Positions 28,467 to 40,689 of a stretch of DNA of 64,000 bases are shown here, piece by piece (positions within the stretch are counted from its first letter, which is position 1; the number at the start of each line of letters is the position of its first letter). Origin of the DNA: Octopus vulgaris. Lineage: Eukaryota. The position numbers and the translations under genes are program-made. The DNA is taken from the NCBI GenBank assembly GCA_951406725.2, contig OX597817.1:112840001-112904000 (forward strand). Reading direction: 5' to 3'. The notes beneath the pieces were generated by a model. That model ran no database searches. It was not told the origin of the DNA and saw only the letters and a program-made list of their open reading frames with translations.

Positions 28467-28513
28467 CATGGCTGAGGATGAGCAAAATAGCTCGAAACTG
28501 GGCCAGTACCATG
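28467..28513 (+). ncRNA. Intact minimal type I hammerhead ribozyme
   Basis: CATGG-CTGAGGA-T-GAGC-aaaata-GCTC-GAAA-CTG-ggc-CAG-TA|CCATG. All three helices are fully paired, the core is complete, and GUA cleavage falls after 28508. Confidence 0.9.
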
Positions 28514-28791
28514 ATCCTGTTAGCTGCTAGAGGGCAGTAGGGGTTCATTCCCCCTGCTAATGACGTATTGTATATAAAGGGTGCAGAGCATTGCACTGAA
28601 AACCTACTGGCGGAGAATCTGCCTAGGGTTAAACTAGTAGTAACATTCAACTGCCACTTTGATGTGGCTACTCACTTTACTGTTTAGTATATGTTACTAC
28701 TTTATCTTTTCTTGAGATTTTATGATTAGCTATTTTGAGTGTTATTTTCACTTTTGCATAATTTAGCTGACAGTTTATTCACTGCACCCTG

Positions 28792-28836
<45 letters not shown>

Positions 28837-29099
28837 TCATCATCGTTTAACGTCCGTTCTCCATGCTATGTGCATATTAAAAAGAGATGGCTGAACACCA
28901 AGTGATACTTAGTCCTAATTATATCATTTTATGCCAACTTAGACTTAGTCATTTTGTTTTTTTTTCTTGTTACTAGGTTGATAGAAGAATTACCAGACAA
29001 AGCATGAAATCAATATAATCAACTAAAGTCTCTTGTAGGTTGTGTCACAGTTCAGCCACCTTCCAAAGACTACAGCATGAAAAAGAATAGAGGAAAATA

Positions 29100-30130
29100 A
29101 TGAACACCATCTGCTCTGTATTCATCATCATCTTGTTGAACTTGCTTGGACACTTTTAACCCAAGAATACCTTCCATCTAGGTGTTGCATTAGTTGAGGA
29201 TGGCAGGAGTGGGGTCCTTGGGGAGGCACCCAATGACTCTGTGAGTTGATCTACATATGCTGTGTTCAGATGACCTGCTCAAGTACAGTCATGCTTTGGC
29301 ATCCATAGCAGTAGGTTCCTTGCCAGCTCTTATTTTACTTGCCAGCAATGTCCTGCAAAGCACAAGTGCCTTTCTCTTGTATTAATGGAAACAGGCAGAT
29401 CTTCATATAGCTATTTCTTGGTGGAATGAGATTTCCAAGATATATTTAAGACTGCTCCTAACATTCAAGTGTAAGTTCCATCAAGCTTAGATTCCAGTAT
29501 TTTTGTAAATGTCCAGGCTGCTGCTCCATATGAATTAAAGCTCTTCTTCCATAATTTCCAATTCAGAACCTAGAAACAGATGCCATTATTGTAGCAAAAG
29601 TAATGACTGAGAGAGAAGATAGTGCACCCATGAGCCAGAAATTGGAGTATGTTTGTGAGTGTCTTTATGTCAAAAATTTGAGTAACTCTATCCTTGATTA
29701 TGCAATCTAAGTGTGCAACAGCAGTACCATCCCAGACATGAGAGAAAATCCCCATTGTGAGACTCATTTAAGCCTTGTAAAGTATCAACAATAGATATGG
29801 GTTGAAGTATCCTCTGAAGAGAAGGCCAGTCATTAGAATACAGCCCTAGCTATGTTAGAGATGTGTTTTTACTAGCAACTTCCTCCGTGATAGTGAGACC
29901 CTATGACTGAAGTGATTTTGAAAGCTTTAGTTGAGTAATGTTGATTATTAAGATGAGTGTGATGCAATATTTTCTTGATATGGATAGCGTTTCTGTTTTC
30001 TTGCTGTTGAAAGAGACAAGATGGGTATATCCCTTTTGGAGGATGCTTTCAAAGGTTCTTTTCATAGACTCAGTAAAATAAATACTGAGCTCAATATTTT
30101 CAACGAAATCTTTCAAGCCCATACTGTAGC
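29100..30130 (-). mobile_element. Old CR1/L2-group LINE 3' fragment
   Basis: Reverse complement reads LVSFNSKKTETLSISRK, LYKA..., SHVWDG, YFCYNNGIC, resembling post-RT LINE motifs; heavily decayed. Confidence 0.55.
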
Positions 30131-30379
30131 ATGGTTGCAGTCCATGCTACAGTATTGGTACAACTAAGAAATAAGCAAAAATGTAAAAAAGAAAAGTAAC
30201 TTTAATGTAAAAGTCTATGTTAAGCAGCTAAATGTAATTATTGCAAATTCTTTGCAGTAAATATTCAGTACCAGCAATTAGCATTTTTCAACAAACTATT
30301 TGAGATGCTGATAGAATTCTTAAGAATGTTTTTAAGTGATTCTGCTGCATAATTATTATTATTATTATTTTTTTTTTAG

Positions 30380-31030
30380 AACAGCTGTGTGAGGAAGTGC
30401 CACACTCTAACTGTGGAAAGAATTTATGGAAGAGGTAGACCCAGGAAGACATGGGATGAGGTGAAGCATGACCTTTGAACATTGGGCTTCACAGAGGCAA
30501 TGACAGGAGACCAAGACCTTTGGAGATATGCTGTGATTGAGAAGACCCATCAAATGAAGTGAGATTGCAGCCATGGCCGATGCCAGTGTTGCATGTCTGG
30601 TCCATTTAAAAGTACCCTTCATGCATTGAGCGATATGATATGCTTAGAAAGACCTGTTGAATCAAGTATAACCAAAATTGTAGCTGTGGTCAGTACCCCT
30701 GACTGGCTCCCTTGCCGGTGACACATAAAATGCACCATGCAAAAGTGGTTGATGCCAGTGCCCCCTGAATGGCTCCTGTGCCAGTGGCACATAAAAAGTA
30801 CCATCTGAATGTGGTCAATGCCAGGCCTGCTTGACTGACTCCTATGCTGGTGGAACATAAAAAGCACTTACTACACTCTCAGAGTGGTTGACGTTAGGAA
30901 GAGCATCCAGCTGTAGAAATATTGCCAGATCAGTTTTGGTGCCTGGTGCAGCTGCTGGCTTTCCAGCCCTCAGTCAAATAATCCAACCCATGCCAGCATG
31001 GAAATGGACGTTAAATGATGACGATCATGA
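30380..31030 (+). mobile_element. RTE LINE ORF end plus complete 3' UTR
   Basis: GRGRPRKTWDEVKHDL*TLGFTEAMTGDQDLWRYAVIEKT, then three GGTGGCACATAAAAAGCACC-type units, then TTAGGAAGAGCATCCAGCTGTAG and a (GAT)n tail. This links the dispersed 3' ends to RTE. Confidence 0.85.
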
Positions 31031-32089
31031 TGAAATCATTCTTAAAATCTGGGAAGTTAGTCAAAGATTGCTATTTTCTTTTATTTTTGATATGGTCAGT
31101 AGATAATAATGTGGTGCACCAGGAAAAGGAATTAGGTAATTATTCAAATATGATGAATATTTTGTCATCAGTATAGGAAAATAAAATACTAGATTAATGG
31201 GTGCTGATGAAGTAATTTAATGATCTTCAGAAAATCATGAACATTACTCTATCATATTCACTGAAATCTATGAATCCTAAAGTTGGAAGTCAATAAAAAT
31301 AAAAATAAACATTATTAAAAATTTGTCCACTACATCTATAATGAAATCATGGTTGAAATACCACAAAAATGCAAATGCTTGAAAAATTACTGTTTTATGA
31401 TGAACAGATAAAACTCAAATGGTAAATAATGTTTGTTTCTTGTTTGCTTTTGGTTTTGCTTTTGGGGTTTTTTGTTTGCTTTCATTTTTTTTTTATTTTA
31501 CTTGTTCTGTGATGTTTATCACATTGGTTCCTTTATACCTGCTGTTTCCCCTGCATCTTCTGGATAGCATTTACAGCATGCTAGTTGAGGAGAAGTTGCT
31601 AGCTCCTCACTCAACTTTCTTTGATTTCATGAAATGAAGGGGCACAGCGAATGGTTCACCTATACCCCACTCACAGTGCAACGTAGCTGATTCTGAGAGA
31701 CTGAAAGTGAATGACAGTGAGAAGAATCATTCTAGTATTGCATTACATACTGATCCCAAAAGGATGAAAAACAAAGTTGGCCTTGGTGAAATTTATACTC
31801 AGAACACAAAGAGTCAGGTCACCTACCTCAAAACAGTTGTCTGATGCTCTACTGATGCTACCAATCAACCAACTAAATAACCTTACAGTAAATAAAATCA
31901 GTGATTCAAAACTGAATTTGAACTGATAACAGGTAAAAATTAGTATTTTCTAACCAACTGAAGTCATAAAGAATTAAATCCAAAAACAGTTTTTGTAGTA
32001 AAATTTAAATTTGAATTTTAGATTAAAATTCAATAAAAAAAAAATTGAAATCTGAGCTTCAAATGTTAAAAATATATTTATTTGTTTGT

Positions 32090-32495
32090 TTTTGGAACAA
32101 TGGATCTCAAAGTACTTAAAGCTATAAATAATAGCATGTTAATAATGGGTTGAAAAACCTTTTTGAATAGAAAAAGTTTAAAGCTCCCAATGGGACTTGA
32201 AACCACATCTTCTGTAAATATGTGAAGCATTCTACCATTGAACCAAAGCAATCCTTCAAACTTCTATCTTCATTTTTTGAAACTTTATCTTTACCTGTAA
32301 AGATTGTATATTGTTTAAATCAAAAGAATTTACAAACTTACAAGAGAACATGAAATAATTCTGTCATGTCTACAGATGTGGGTTCAAGTCCCACAGGCAG
32401 CTTTCAACATTTTCTATCCAAAGGGTTTTTTAACCTAATATTTATATGCTGTTATTTATAGCTTTATATGCTTCAAGATCAACTGTTCCAAAAAA
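32090..32495. repeat. Inverted repeat with tRNA-like inner ends
   Basis: 32090-32215 is the reverse complement of ~32372-32495. The left arm reverse complement has TGGTTCAATGG (A-box) and GTTTCAAGTCC (B-box); the right arm has GGTTCAAGTCCC. Confidence 0.65.
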
Positions 32496-32738
32496 GAATT
32501 ATTTCACTTTCTCTTGAAAATTTATGAATCCTTATGATGTTAATAACACATTTGAATTTCATTCTTTGCTTATAAAAGAAAACCTTCAAATGACAAACAT
32601 TTCATAAGAAATTCATTCTAAGTGGAATTCATTTGTATTTTGATATTTAATACATCTTTCTCTATGTTTTTATTGAACACACTAAACCTACATTTTATTA
32701 TTTTTATCTTACACTTTCATCAACAAAACTATTTGTGA

Positions 32739-32822
32739 GAAGAAGAAGAAGAAGAAGAAGAAGAAGAAGAAGAAGAAGAAGAAGAAGAAGAAGAAGAAGA
32801 AGAAGAAGAAGAAGAAGAAGAG
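32739..32822. repeat. (AAG)n perfect microsatellite
   Basis: Direct reading. Confidence 0.98.
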
Positions 32823-33214
32823 AGGAAGGCATTCCCTTGCTTATTTTATCAAGTCTGATTGACTTTACATTTCATCTCCCTATAGCCCAATCATGTAGAA
32901 GAAATTATTCAATTAAAGTTTGGTTCAATCAGTTCTATCCCCTCCTCAATACTGAGGTGGGGAGGAATCTATATTTAAGATTTAATATATAATTATTCTG
33001 ACATTAATAGTAATTATGATTACATACATTGGCACAAAGCCATAAATTCTGGAGAGGGTTAGTCAAATCAATCAACTCCAGTACTACTTTGGTATTTATT
33101 TTATTGGGCCGCAAATTATGAAAGCAAAGTCCACCTTGGCAGGATTTGATCTCAGAGTATAAAAGATGGATGAAATGTCGCTAAGCATTTTTCCCAGCAT
33201 GCTAGTGATTCTGT

Positions 33215-33840
33215 CATCATCATCATCATTGTTATTTAATGACTGCTTTCCATGCTGGCATGGGTTGAACGATTTCACTGAGAACTGGTATGCTAGGATG
33301 CTGCACCAGGCTCCAATCTGACTTGGCGAGGTTTCTACTGCTGGATGATCTTCCTAATGTCAACCACTCTGAGAGTGTAGTAGGTGCTTTTCATGTGTCA
33401 CCAGCATGGGTGCCAGTTAGGCAGCATTGGCATCAGCCCCACTCAAATGGTACATCTGATATGCCCCCGGCATGTGTGCCAGTCAGGCGAATCATCATCA
33501 TCATCATCGTTTAACGTCCGCTTTCCATGCTAGCATGGGTTCAACAGTTCAACTGGGGTCTGGGAAGCCAGAAAGCTGCACTAGGCCCAGTCTGATCTGG
33601 TAGTGTTTCTACAGCTGGATGCCCTTCCTAACACCAACCACTCTGTGAGTGTAGTGGGTGCTTTTTACGTGCCACCGGCACAGGTGCCAGACAAGGCTGG
33701 CAAGCGGCCACGATCGGATGGTGCTTTTTATGTGCCACCAGCACAGAGACCAGACGAAGTTGGCAATGGCCACGATCAGATGGTGCTTTTTACGTGCCAC
33801 CGGCACGGAGGCCAGTCAGGGCGGTGCTGGCTACGGCCAT
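33215..33840 (-). mobile_element. Two tandem/nested RTE 3' ends
   Basis: Two (CAT)n tails at ~33215 and ~33491, each followed by the GATGCCCTTCCTAA motif (or a variant) and GGTGCTTTT repeat units. Confidence 0.8.
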
Positions 33841-34419
33841 GCAATATTGCCAAATGTCCAAGAAGTTTGTTTCATAGTCACCATGTCATTGGCTCAATTT
33901 CACAATGTGGCATCTTGGGCAAGTATATTTTACAACAGCCTCAGGTCAACCCAAGCTCTGTGAATGAAACAGTGTAAATACAAACTGTATGAAGGCCCAT
34001 TGGATTATATCATTATCTTAAAGTTTCAGTCATATGACACACACTTTTGCACTAATTCAGTTGATCTTTGACTTGCCATGAGCCATATGACTCATTAGGG
34101 CAGAACTTAATCCAGTTTCCCTGACATATATATATAAGTGAGATTATAATACTCACTCCTGAACAGGATGCTGGTCAATTGCAGAGTTAACTTCCTAGCT
34201 ATTGCAGGAACATATTTACAGCTGAGTGGAATGGAGCAGAGCAGCAACAGGAAATTAAGTGTCTTGCTCAAGAATACAATGCACTGTCCAGCTTGGGAAT
34301 TGAAACCATGATTTTATGGTCATAACTAGAAATTCCAACAGAGACCTATCTCACATCATAGATAGAATTTTTAAAAAAATTTTATTTGTTTTTCTTTTTT
34401 TAATATTTCTGGTCTCCAT

Positions 34420-35005
34420 CTGTTGCTAGTGACCATGGATAAAGGTCCTGGTTGTATGCCCTGATTTTTCTTCAGGGTTTACTCACAAAGCCATTCCCAT
34501 GGCTATATATGGCTTCAAGGCAGCAGCAGTTTGGAATTTGGGTTTCCCTTCCTCTAGATAATTTGTCCCTCCTGGCTAATGTAAAGCAAGTGTTTTCAAG
34601 CTTTCAATGGTGCATTTGTATATTTTTAGAATGACATTGTAGGGCAGGTGGGAGGGGTTGGATCTGGTCAGTTATGTTTCTGGTATAGGATGTTCAATAG
34701 GATCCAAGCCTGGATAGTATGGTATGGAGGACAGGTTGCTGCATATGAAGCATGCCCCCTCTCCACCATCCAAAGAAACAGCATGACAATATAATTTGGT
34801 ACTAAAGCCATTTCAGGAGTTGTCAGAATGAGGTTGAAGACAATGTTAAACTGCCCCAGGGCTCCAACCCACAATTTTTCTTAGGGTTTACTCTCAAAAC
34901 TATTCCCATGACTGCATATGGCTGCAAGGCAGCAGCAGTTTGGAATCTGGGTTTTCCTTCCTCTTGATAGTCTGTCCTACCTGGCTAATGAGCTCCATCT
35001 GCCTG
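34420..35005 (-). mobile_element. RTE 5'-UTR-like element with duplicated ~115-bp block
   Basis: 34466-34580 is repeated at 34877-34990. Reverse complement GGCAGATGGAGCTCATTAGCCAGG...GGAAGGAAAACCCAGA resembles conserved RTE/BovB 5' UTR sequence as recalled, not searched. Confidence 0.5.
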
Positions 35006-36471
35006 ACTGACTTGCAAATTAACCTATAATTGAACCAAGACAAGTGCTATTACTCTGGGTCAGAGTAGACCAGGAAACAATAACAGTTAAGAGGTGATTC
35101 CATACTTCTCAAAACCTTTGAATTTCTAAACCAGAGTCCTACAATTGGAAGCTGCTTAAAATCATACCAGGTGCAAATCAGCAGTACTGAAAGAATATAT
35201 AATGTTGGAGTATAAATGTATAACCATTTCAAGAATAACTACTAAGCTAGAAATGATATATAAACTGAACAGAACTGAAAAAAAACTCAAAAAAAACAAT
35301 GAATAAATATAATAAAATAAAAAATAAAAAGAACATAGCTGGAAAGAAAAAAGAAAAATAACACAATGAACTCATTATTTGGTATTTTTTTCTTAATTTT
35401 TTTCTTCTTCAGCTTACACAAATAGTAAAATATAACATTCATTTGCTGTTAGTTTCCTCACCTTCTATGCTGTTAGGATCTACATTTTTGATCCATCAAC
35501 AAACTGAGGTGTTATGTATTTATTTAAAATTTTTCATTTTGAGACAGGCTGAGAGATTTGTTAATGCAACACATGTCTATAGTACTCAACTTTGGCTTAC
35601 ATTGGTTACATTAAAAATAAATATTTCTGAATAAATTGTGAAGATTTTCCAATGTAATATGATATGAGATATAAATAGTAATTTGAAAGTCAAACTAATA
35701 AGGGAACCTCTATACATAACCTACTTGAAATTGCAGCCAAATTTCCTTCAAACTACAAGTTGCTGTCCTAAAGAGAAATACATTGGATTATGTAGTCCAG
35801 CTACACTATGCCTGGATAAAAAAAAACTGAATGAACATGGCTTGAATGTCTTTGATCATAGCCCTATCTGATAAGGGATTACTTGGGGTTTAATAGCAAT
35901 GACAATATAGAATCTTAAAAAACGAGAGTTATTTCATTAACGATGTATTGAGTGAGGTCCAGTTATTTTATTCCAGACACTTACTTTATATTTCAATGAG
36001 ACATTGGTGTATTTCTGGCAATATTCCTTCAACTACATTATGCCAGATTAGATGGGCTTAACTTTTAATGAAAGTAACAACTAGAATTGTTAACATGAAA
36101 ATATTTGAATAAGTTGCAGCGTTAAAGTGTAAAACTAATTTTCACTTAAAACATGAAAATACTAATTTATTAATTTTGGTGCAAGGCCACACATTTGAAG
36201 GCATATTCCACTTGAACCAATCCTAATAGATAAATGATACTTATTTTATTAACTTTAGAAGGGAGAATGTCAATGTCAACTTCAAGAAGGATTTAAATGC
36301 AGAAGGAGAGAAATGGAAGTGTACATGTGCGTTTGTGTGTGTCTGTGAGTGTGTGTATATATGTAAGAGAGACAGAGTGAGAGAAAGTGTGTGTGGGAGA
36401 AAAATATGAGAGGTCAACTGACAGATGGACAGACACAAAGAGAGAGAGAGAGAGACTGCATACAGCTTTAA

Positions 36472-37090
36472 CCCTTTAGCATTTAGATTTCTTCGTCAAA
36501 TATAATGCTTATTTATTCACATTGTTTTGAATTAATCACACATTATTTTGTAGCTTCAAAATTTCCATGGCGTGTTTTACTCTTTTTTACTCTTTTACTT
36601 GTTTCAGTCATTTGACTGCGGCCATGCTGGAGCAAGCCTTTAGTCGAGCAAATCAACCCCAGGACTTTTTCTTTGTAAGCCCAGTACTTATTCTATCGGT
36701 CTCTTTTGCCGAACCGCTAAGTGACGGGGACGTAAACACACCAGCATCCGTTGTCAAGCAATGCTAGGGGGACAAACACATACACACATACATATATATA
36801 TATACATATATACGACAGGCTTCTTTCAGTTTCCATCAACCAAATCCACTCACAAGGCATTGGTCAGCCCGGGGCTATAGCAGAAGACACTTGACCAAGA
36901 TGCCATGCAGTGGGACTGAACCTGGAACCATGTGGTTGGTTAGCAAGCTACTTACCACACAGCCACTCCTGCGCCTGTATATTTTTAGAATGACATTGTA
37001 GGGCAAGTGCATGGAGCTGAATCAGGTCAGTTTTAACATAAAACAGGTAGAATATCAGGCTGGGTTATGGCCAGCTTAAATGCTAAAGAA
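36472..37090. mobile_element. piggyBac-like MITE (TTAA flanks) interrupted by a SINE A
   Basis: TTAA-CCCTTTAGCATTT ... AAATGCTAAAGAA-TTAA. A related right end occurs at 760-842. Confidence 0.7.
36575..36977 (-). mobile_element. tRNA-SINE family A, young full-length copy
   Basis: CpG-rich, near consensus; complete head to (TAAAAGAG)n tail. Confidence 0.9.
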
Positions 37091-37349
37091 TTAAATTCAT
37101 CTTACATTTTCTCCTACCAGATGGTGTGCTGCCATTGAGAGTGGTGATATGGTGAATACTTGAAAACTTACTTAAGGAATATTCCAATTCATTCATCATT
37201 TTTTCCAGTAGTTCCCAAGGGACCTGTTTTCTTTGACAGGAAAAGGGATTTGAAATCAGAATGCACAAAACTGGAGCAGATACTACAAGACCTCCTATCC
37301 AATGGTCTAACATTTCCAACAATATACCACCCTGAACTGGTATATTATA

Positions 37350-38234
37350 CAGGATGTCCCAAAAGTCACAAATGGGTTTCAATTTTTAATAATTCCCTTA
37401 ACTTTACAAATAAATGCATGAAATTTTGATACAATATAAAGAACACAATGGAAATTAATATGCACAAGTCAGATTTTGCAACACCACTACATCACATATG
37501 AAAAATGACATCGCCTAATTGGCAGCCATTTTTAGCTTCGCACACCCGTGCTCTTTCCCAAATTTGCACCATAACACCCTCAAGAGTTTCAGACCCCACT
37601 TCTCTGATTTCTCTATTGATGTTCTTCAATTGCACCAGGACCTCTGGTTTGTTGACATAAACTCTCTTTTTCAGGCATCCCCACAATAAAAAATCCAGGC
37701 TAATCAGGTCTGGGGAACCTGAAGGCCAGTTGACATTGTCATAGCGGGAGATTATTCTGTCTCCAAAACACTGCCATAGCAACTGCTTTGCTTCTCTTGC
37801 AATGTGAACATTTGCCCCACCTTGCTGGAACCATGGGTGAGGTCTACTCTGAATGGCCTTCACGTTCCCCAGACTTGACTAGCCTGGGTTTTTTATTGTA
37901 GGGATACCTGAAAGAGAAGGTTTACACCAACAAAGCAGAGACCCTGGTGCAACTGAAGAAGAACATCAATAGATAAATCAGAGAAGTGGGGTCTGAAACT
38001 CTTGAGGGTGTATGGTGCAAGTTTTGGAAAGAGCGCGGGTATGCAAAGACGAAAATGGCTGCCATTTAAGCAATGTCATTTTTCATATGTGATGTAGTGG
38101 TGTTGCAAAATTTGACTTAGGCATATTAATTTCCATTATGTTCTTTATAGTGTATCAAATTTTCATGCATTTATTTGTAAAGTTAAGGAAGTTATAAAAA
38201 ATTGAAACCCATTAGTGACTTTTGGGACACCCTG
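37350..38234. mobile_element. Tc1-like foldback made of two 3' ends
   Basis: TA-CAGGATGTCCCAAAAGTCAC ... GTGACTTTTGGGACACCCTG-TA, with ~370-bp arms. Minus ORF reads WFQQGGA...NWPSGSPDLISLDFLLWGCLKKRVYVNKP. Confidence 0.9.
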
Positions 38235-39595
38235 TACATTATTTATCAATCAAGAATGAATAAAAGGCAAAGAGAATAAAAGGGTTGTTGAAGTGAACTC
38301 AGTGTATGAGGGCCAAAAGAAACATTGCCAAGGCATTTCTACTATTTCTTTTACTTGTTTCAGTCATCACACTGCGACCATGCTGGGGCACTATCTTGAA
38401 GAATTTTAGTAAAATTAATTGAAACCAGTACTTATTTTTATTTTAAACCTGGTACTTATTCAATTAGACTATTTTTGCTGAACCACTAAGTTATTGGGAT
38501 GTAAACACACCAACACCAGTTGCCAAACTGGGAGTGGTGGGCAAATGCAGACACAAAGACACATACAAATACACACACACAAACAACAGGCTTCTTTCAG
38601 TTTCCATCAACCAAATCTACTCTCAAGACACTTGCTCAAGATGCCACAAAGTGGGACTGAACCTAGAACCATGTGGCTGGGAAGCAAACTTCTTACCATA
38701 CAACCACATCAGTGCCTATAAAGTAAGGGAGTGAATTAAGTTCTACTGGGATTTTCTCTGATTCCCTAATAATTCTGTCAATTTGCTGCCTTTTGCCTAT
38801 GCCATTGGATATCATTATCAACATCATTATCATCATCACCATCATAACCATAGCAAGGAAATTATCTCTCCTGAACAGATTAGCAAAGATTTTTAATACC
38901 TGGCTGCTCTTTTAATTCATGAATATAACAGCTTTCTTTTGCAGGTTAATGTCACACATACAATGGATCATACATCACCACTTCTCTCCAACCTCAACAA
39001 AACCTATCCTATTCAGTATCCATATCTCACTATCACACATCATCATACCTCACACACGTTTCATAAAGGCTATCTTTTGCATGGAGAGAGTCTTTGTTAT
39101 GAACAGAGACAAAAGCTTTCTGCACTTCTTTGATTCTTTCTTACACAAGTCACTATATCTCCACAGAAACCGCATTCAACACTAATTAAGCCAGCAAAGT
39201 AATGGACACCATCTTCTACTTAAAGTGAGTCCATCTGAGCAGTTCAATGACTTTATTTCATGGTTGTTTCTCTCTAAATTTAGTAGATATGATGTTCTGG
39301 TTTATATCTATTACTATGCCCAGAAACTCAGCTATATTTTCTGTATATCCATTGTTTATAAAGGCAGGGAACCTTTCTTTTATATTTGAAAGTTGCATTG
39401 AATTGAGTGGATTATAATAAAACTGTATTAAAGAAAATTTTCTTAAATGTGCAGGAAAAAGTAATTACACTTATTGTGTAAAGGTAATTATAAATATTAA
39501 AGTAAGAAATATAAATGCAAATTGATCATTTAATGATTTGCTCTGTGTGTGTGTGTGTGTGTGAGAGAGAGAAAGAGAGAGAGAGAGAGAGCAGT

Positions 39596-39627
<32 letters not shown>

Positions 39628-39634
39628 CATACAT

Positions 39635-40025
39635 GGCCACGAACGGATGGTGCTTTTACGTGTCACCGGCACGGGGGCCAGATGAGGCTGGCAACGGACA
39701 CGAACGGATGGTGCTTTCACGTGCCACCGACACGGGGCCAGACAGAGCTGGCAAATGGCCACGAACGGATGGTGCTTTTACGTGCCACCGGCACGGGGGC
39801 CAGACGAGGCTGGCAACGGACACGAACGGATGGTGCTTTCACGTGCCACCGACACAGGGCCAGACAGAGCTGGCAAACGGCCACGAACGGATGGTGCTTT
39901 TACGTGTCACCAGCACGGGGGCCAGACGAGGCTGGCAATGGACACGAACGGATGGTGCTTTTATGTGCCACCGACACAGAGGCTAGACGGGGTGGCACCG
40001 GTAACGACCACGATCGGATGGTTCG
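39635..40025. repeat. 61-bp minisatellite, six units, alternating A/B (122-bp higher-order repeat), in an RTE 3' UTR
   Basis: Units start at 39635, 39696, 39757, 39818, 39879 and 39940. Confidence 0.92.
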
Positions 40026-40270
40026 CTTAACCACAGCTGCAATTCTCACTGATGTTGATCGACCTCAATTTGGTTCTGCTTTCTGATATATGAATTGATT
40101 TGGTTTGATCTTGATTTTGACTGTTCTCACTGGTCTTGCGGGGTCTTCTCACACACAGCGTACTTCCATAGGTCTCGGTCTCTGGTCATTTCCTTGGTGA
40201 GACCTAAAGTTCGAAGGTCGTGCTTCACGACCTCGACCCAGGTTTTCCTGGGTCTACCTCTTCCACATAC
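39635..40270 (-). mobile_element. RTE LINE ORF end plus 3' UTR (terminal tail missing)
   Basis: CGRGRPRKTWVEVVKHDLRTLGLTKEMTRDRDLWKYAVCEKT. Confidence 0.88.
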
Positions 40271-40330
40271 ATATATATATGTATATTGATAATATGTATA
40301 TATGTATATATGTATATATATATATGTATG

Positions 40331-40371
<41 letters not shown>

Positions 40372-40689
40372 AAAATAGGTAGATAGATCTATGTACACAC
40401 ACACACACACACACAAACATACATATAACATGCCTCTGTCCATCAAATGAGATGATGGAAATTTCTTCTTTTCTTTCTTCTCACTCTTCTTCTTCCCCCA
40501 CGCCCCCCTCCCTTATTATATTTGCACTATATAGGCACATCGTATCTAATGACTATGCAGGCAAATTCAAGAGTAGTAGTCCATATTACAGTCACCACTG
40601 ATGAAGACTAAGTTGTCATGTGGAGTCAATGTCTTCTACCTTCGTCTTTTTAATACCTAAAACTGATTTTGTTCTCCACTTTTTTACTC

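Noticed and set aside
32185-32255. Functional tRNA gene
   Set aside because: A/B boxes are present, but the cloverleaf and anticodon arm are not intact. The same applies to all SINE heads.
38945-39200. Plus-strand ORFs after a good acceptor
   Set aside because: Two overlapping low-complexity His/Thr-rich frames with no family motif.
39635-40025. CRISPR array
   Set aside because: The inter-core segments are homologous to each other rather than unique spacers, there are no cas genes, and the context is a eukaryotic LINE 3' UTR.
40595-40640. CTGATGA-AGACT...AGTC hammerhead-like remnant (similar case at 11500-11580, minus strand)
   Set aside because: The GAAA half of the core is missing.
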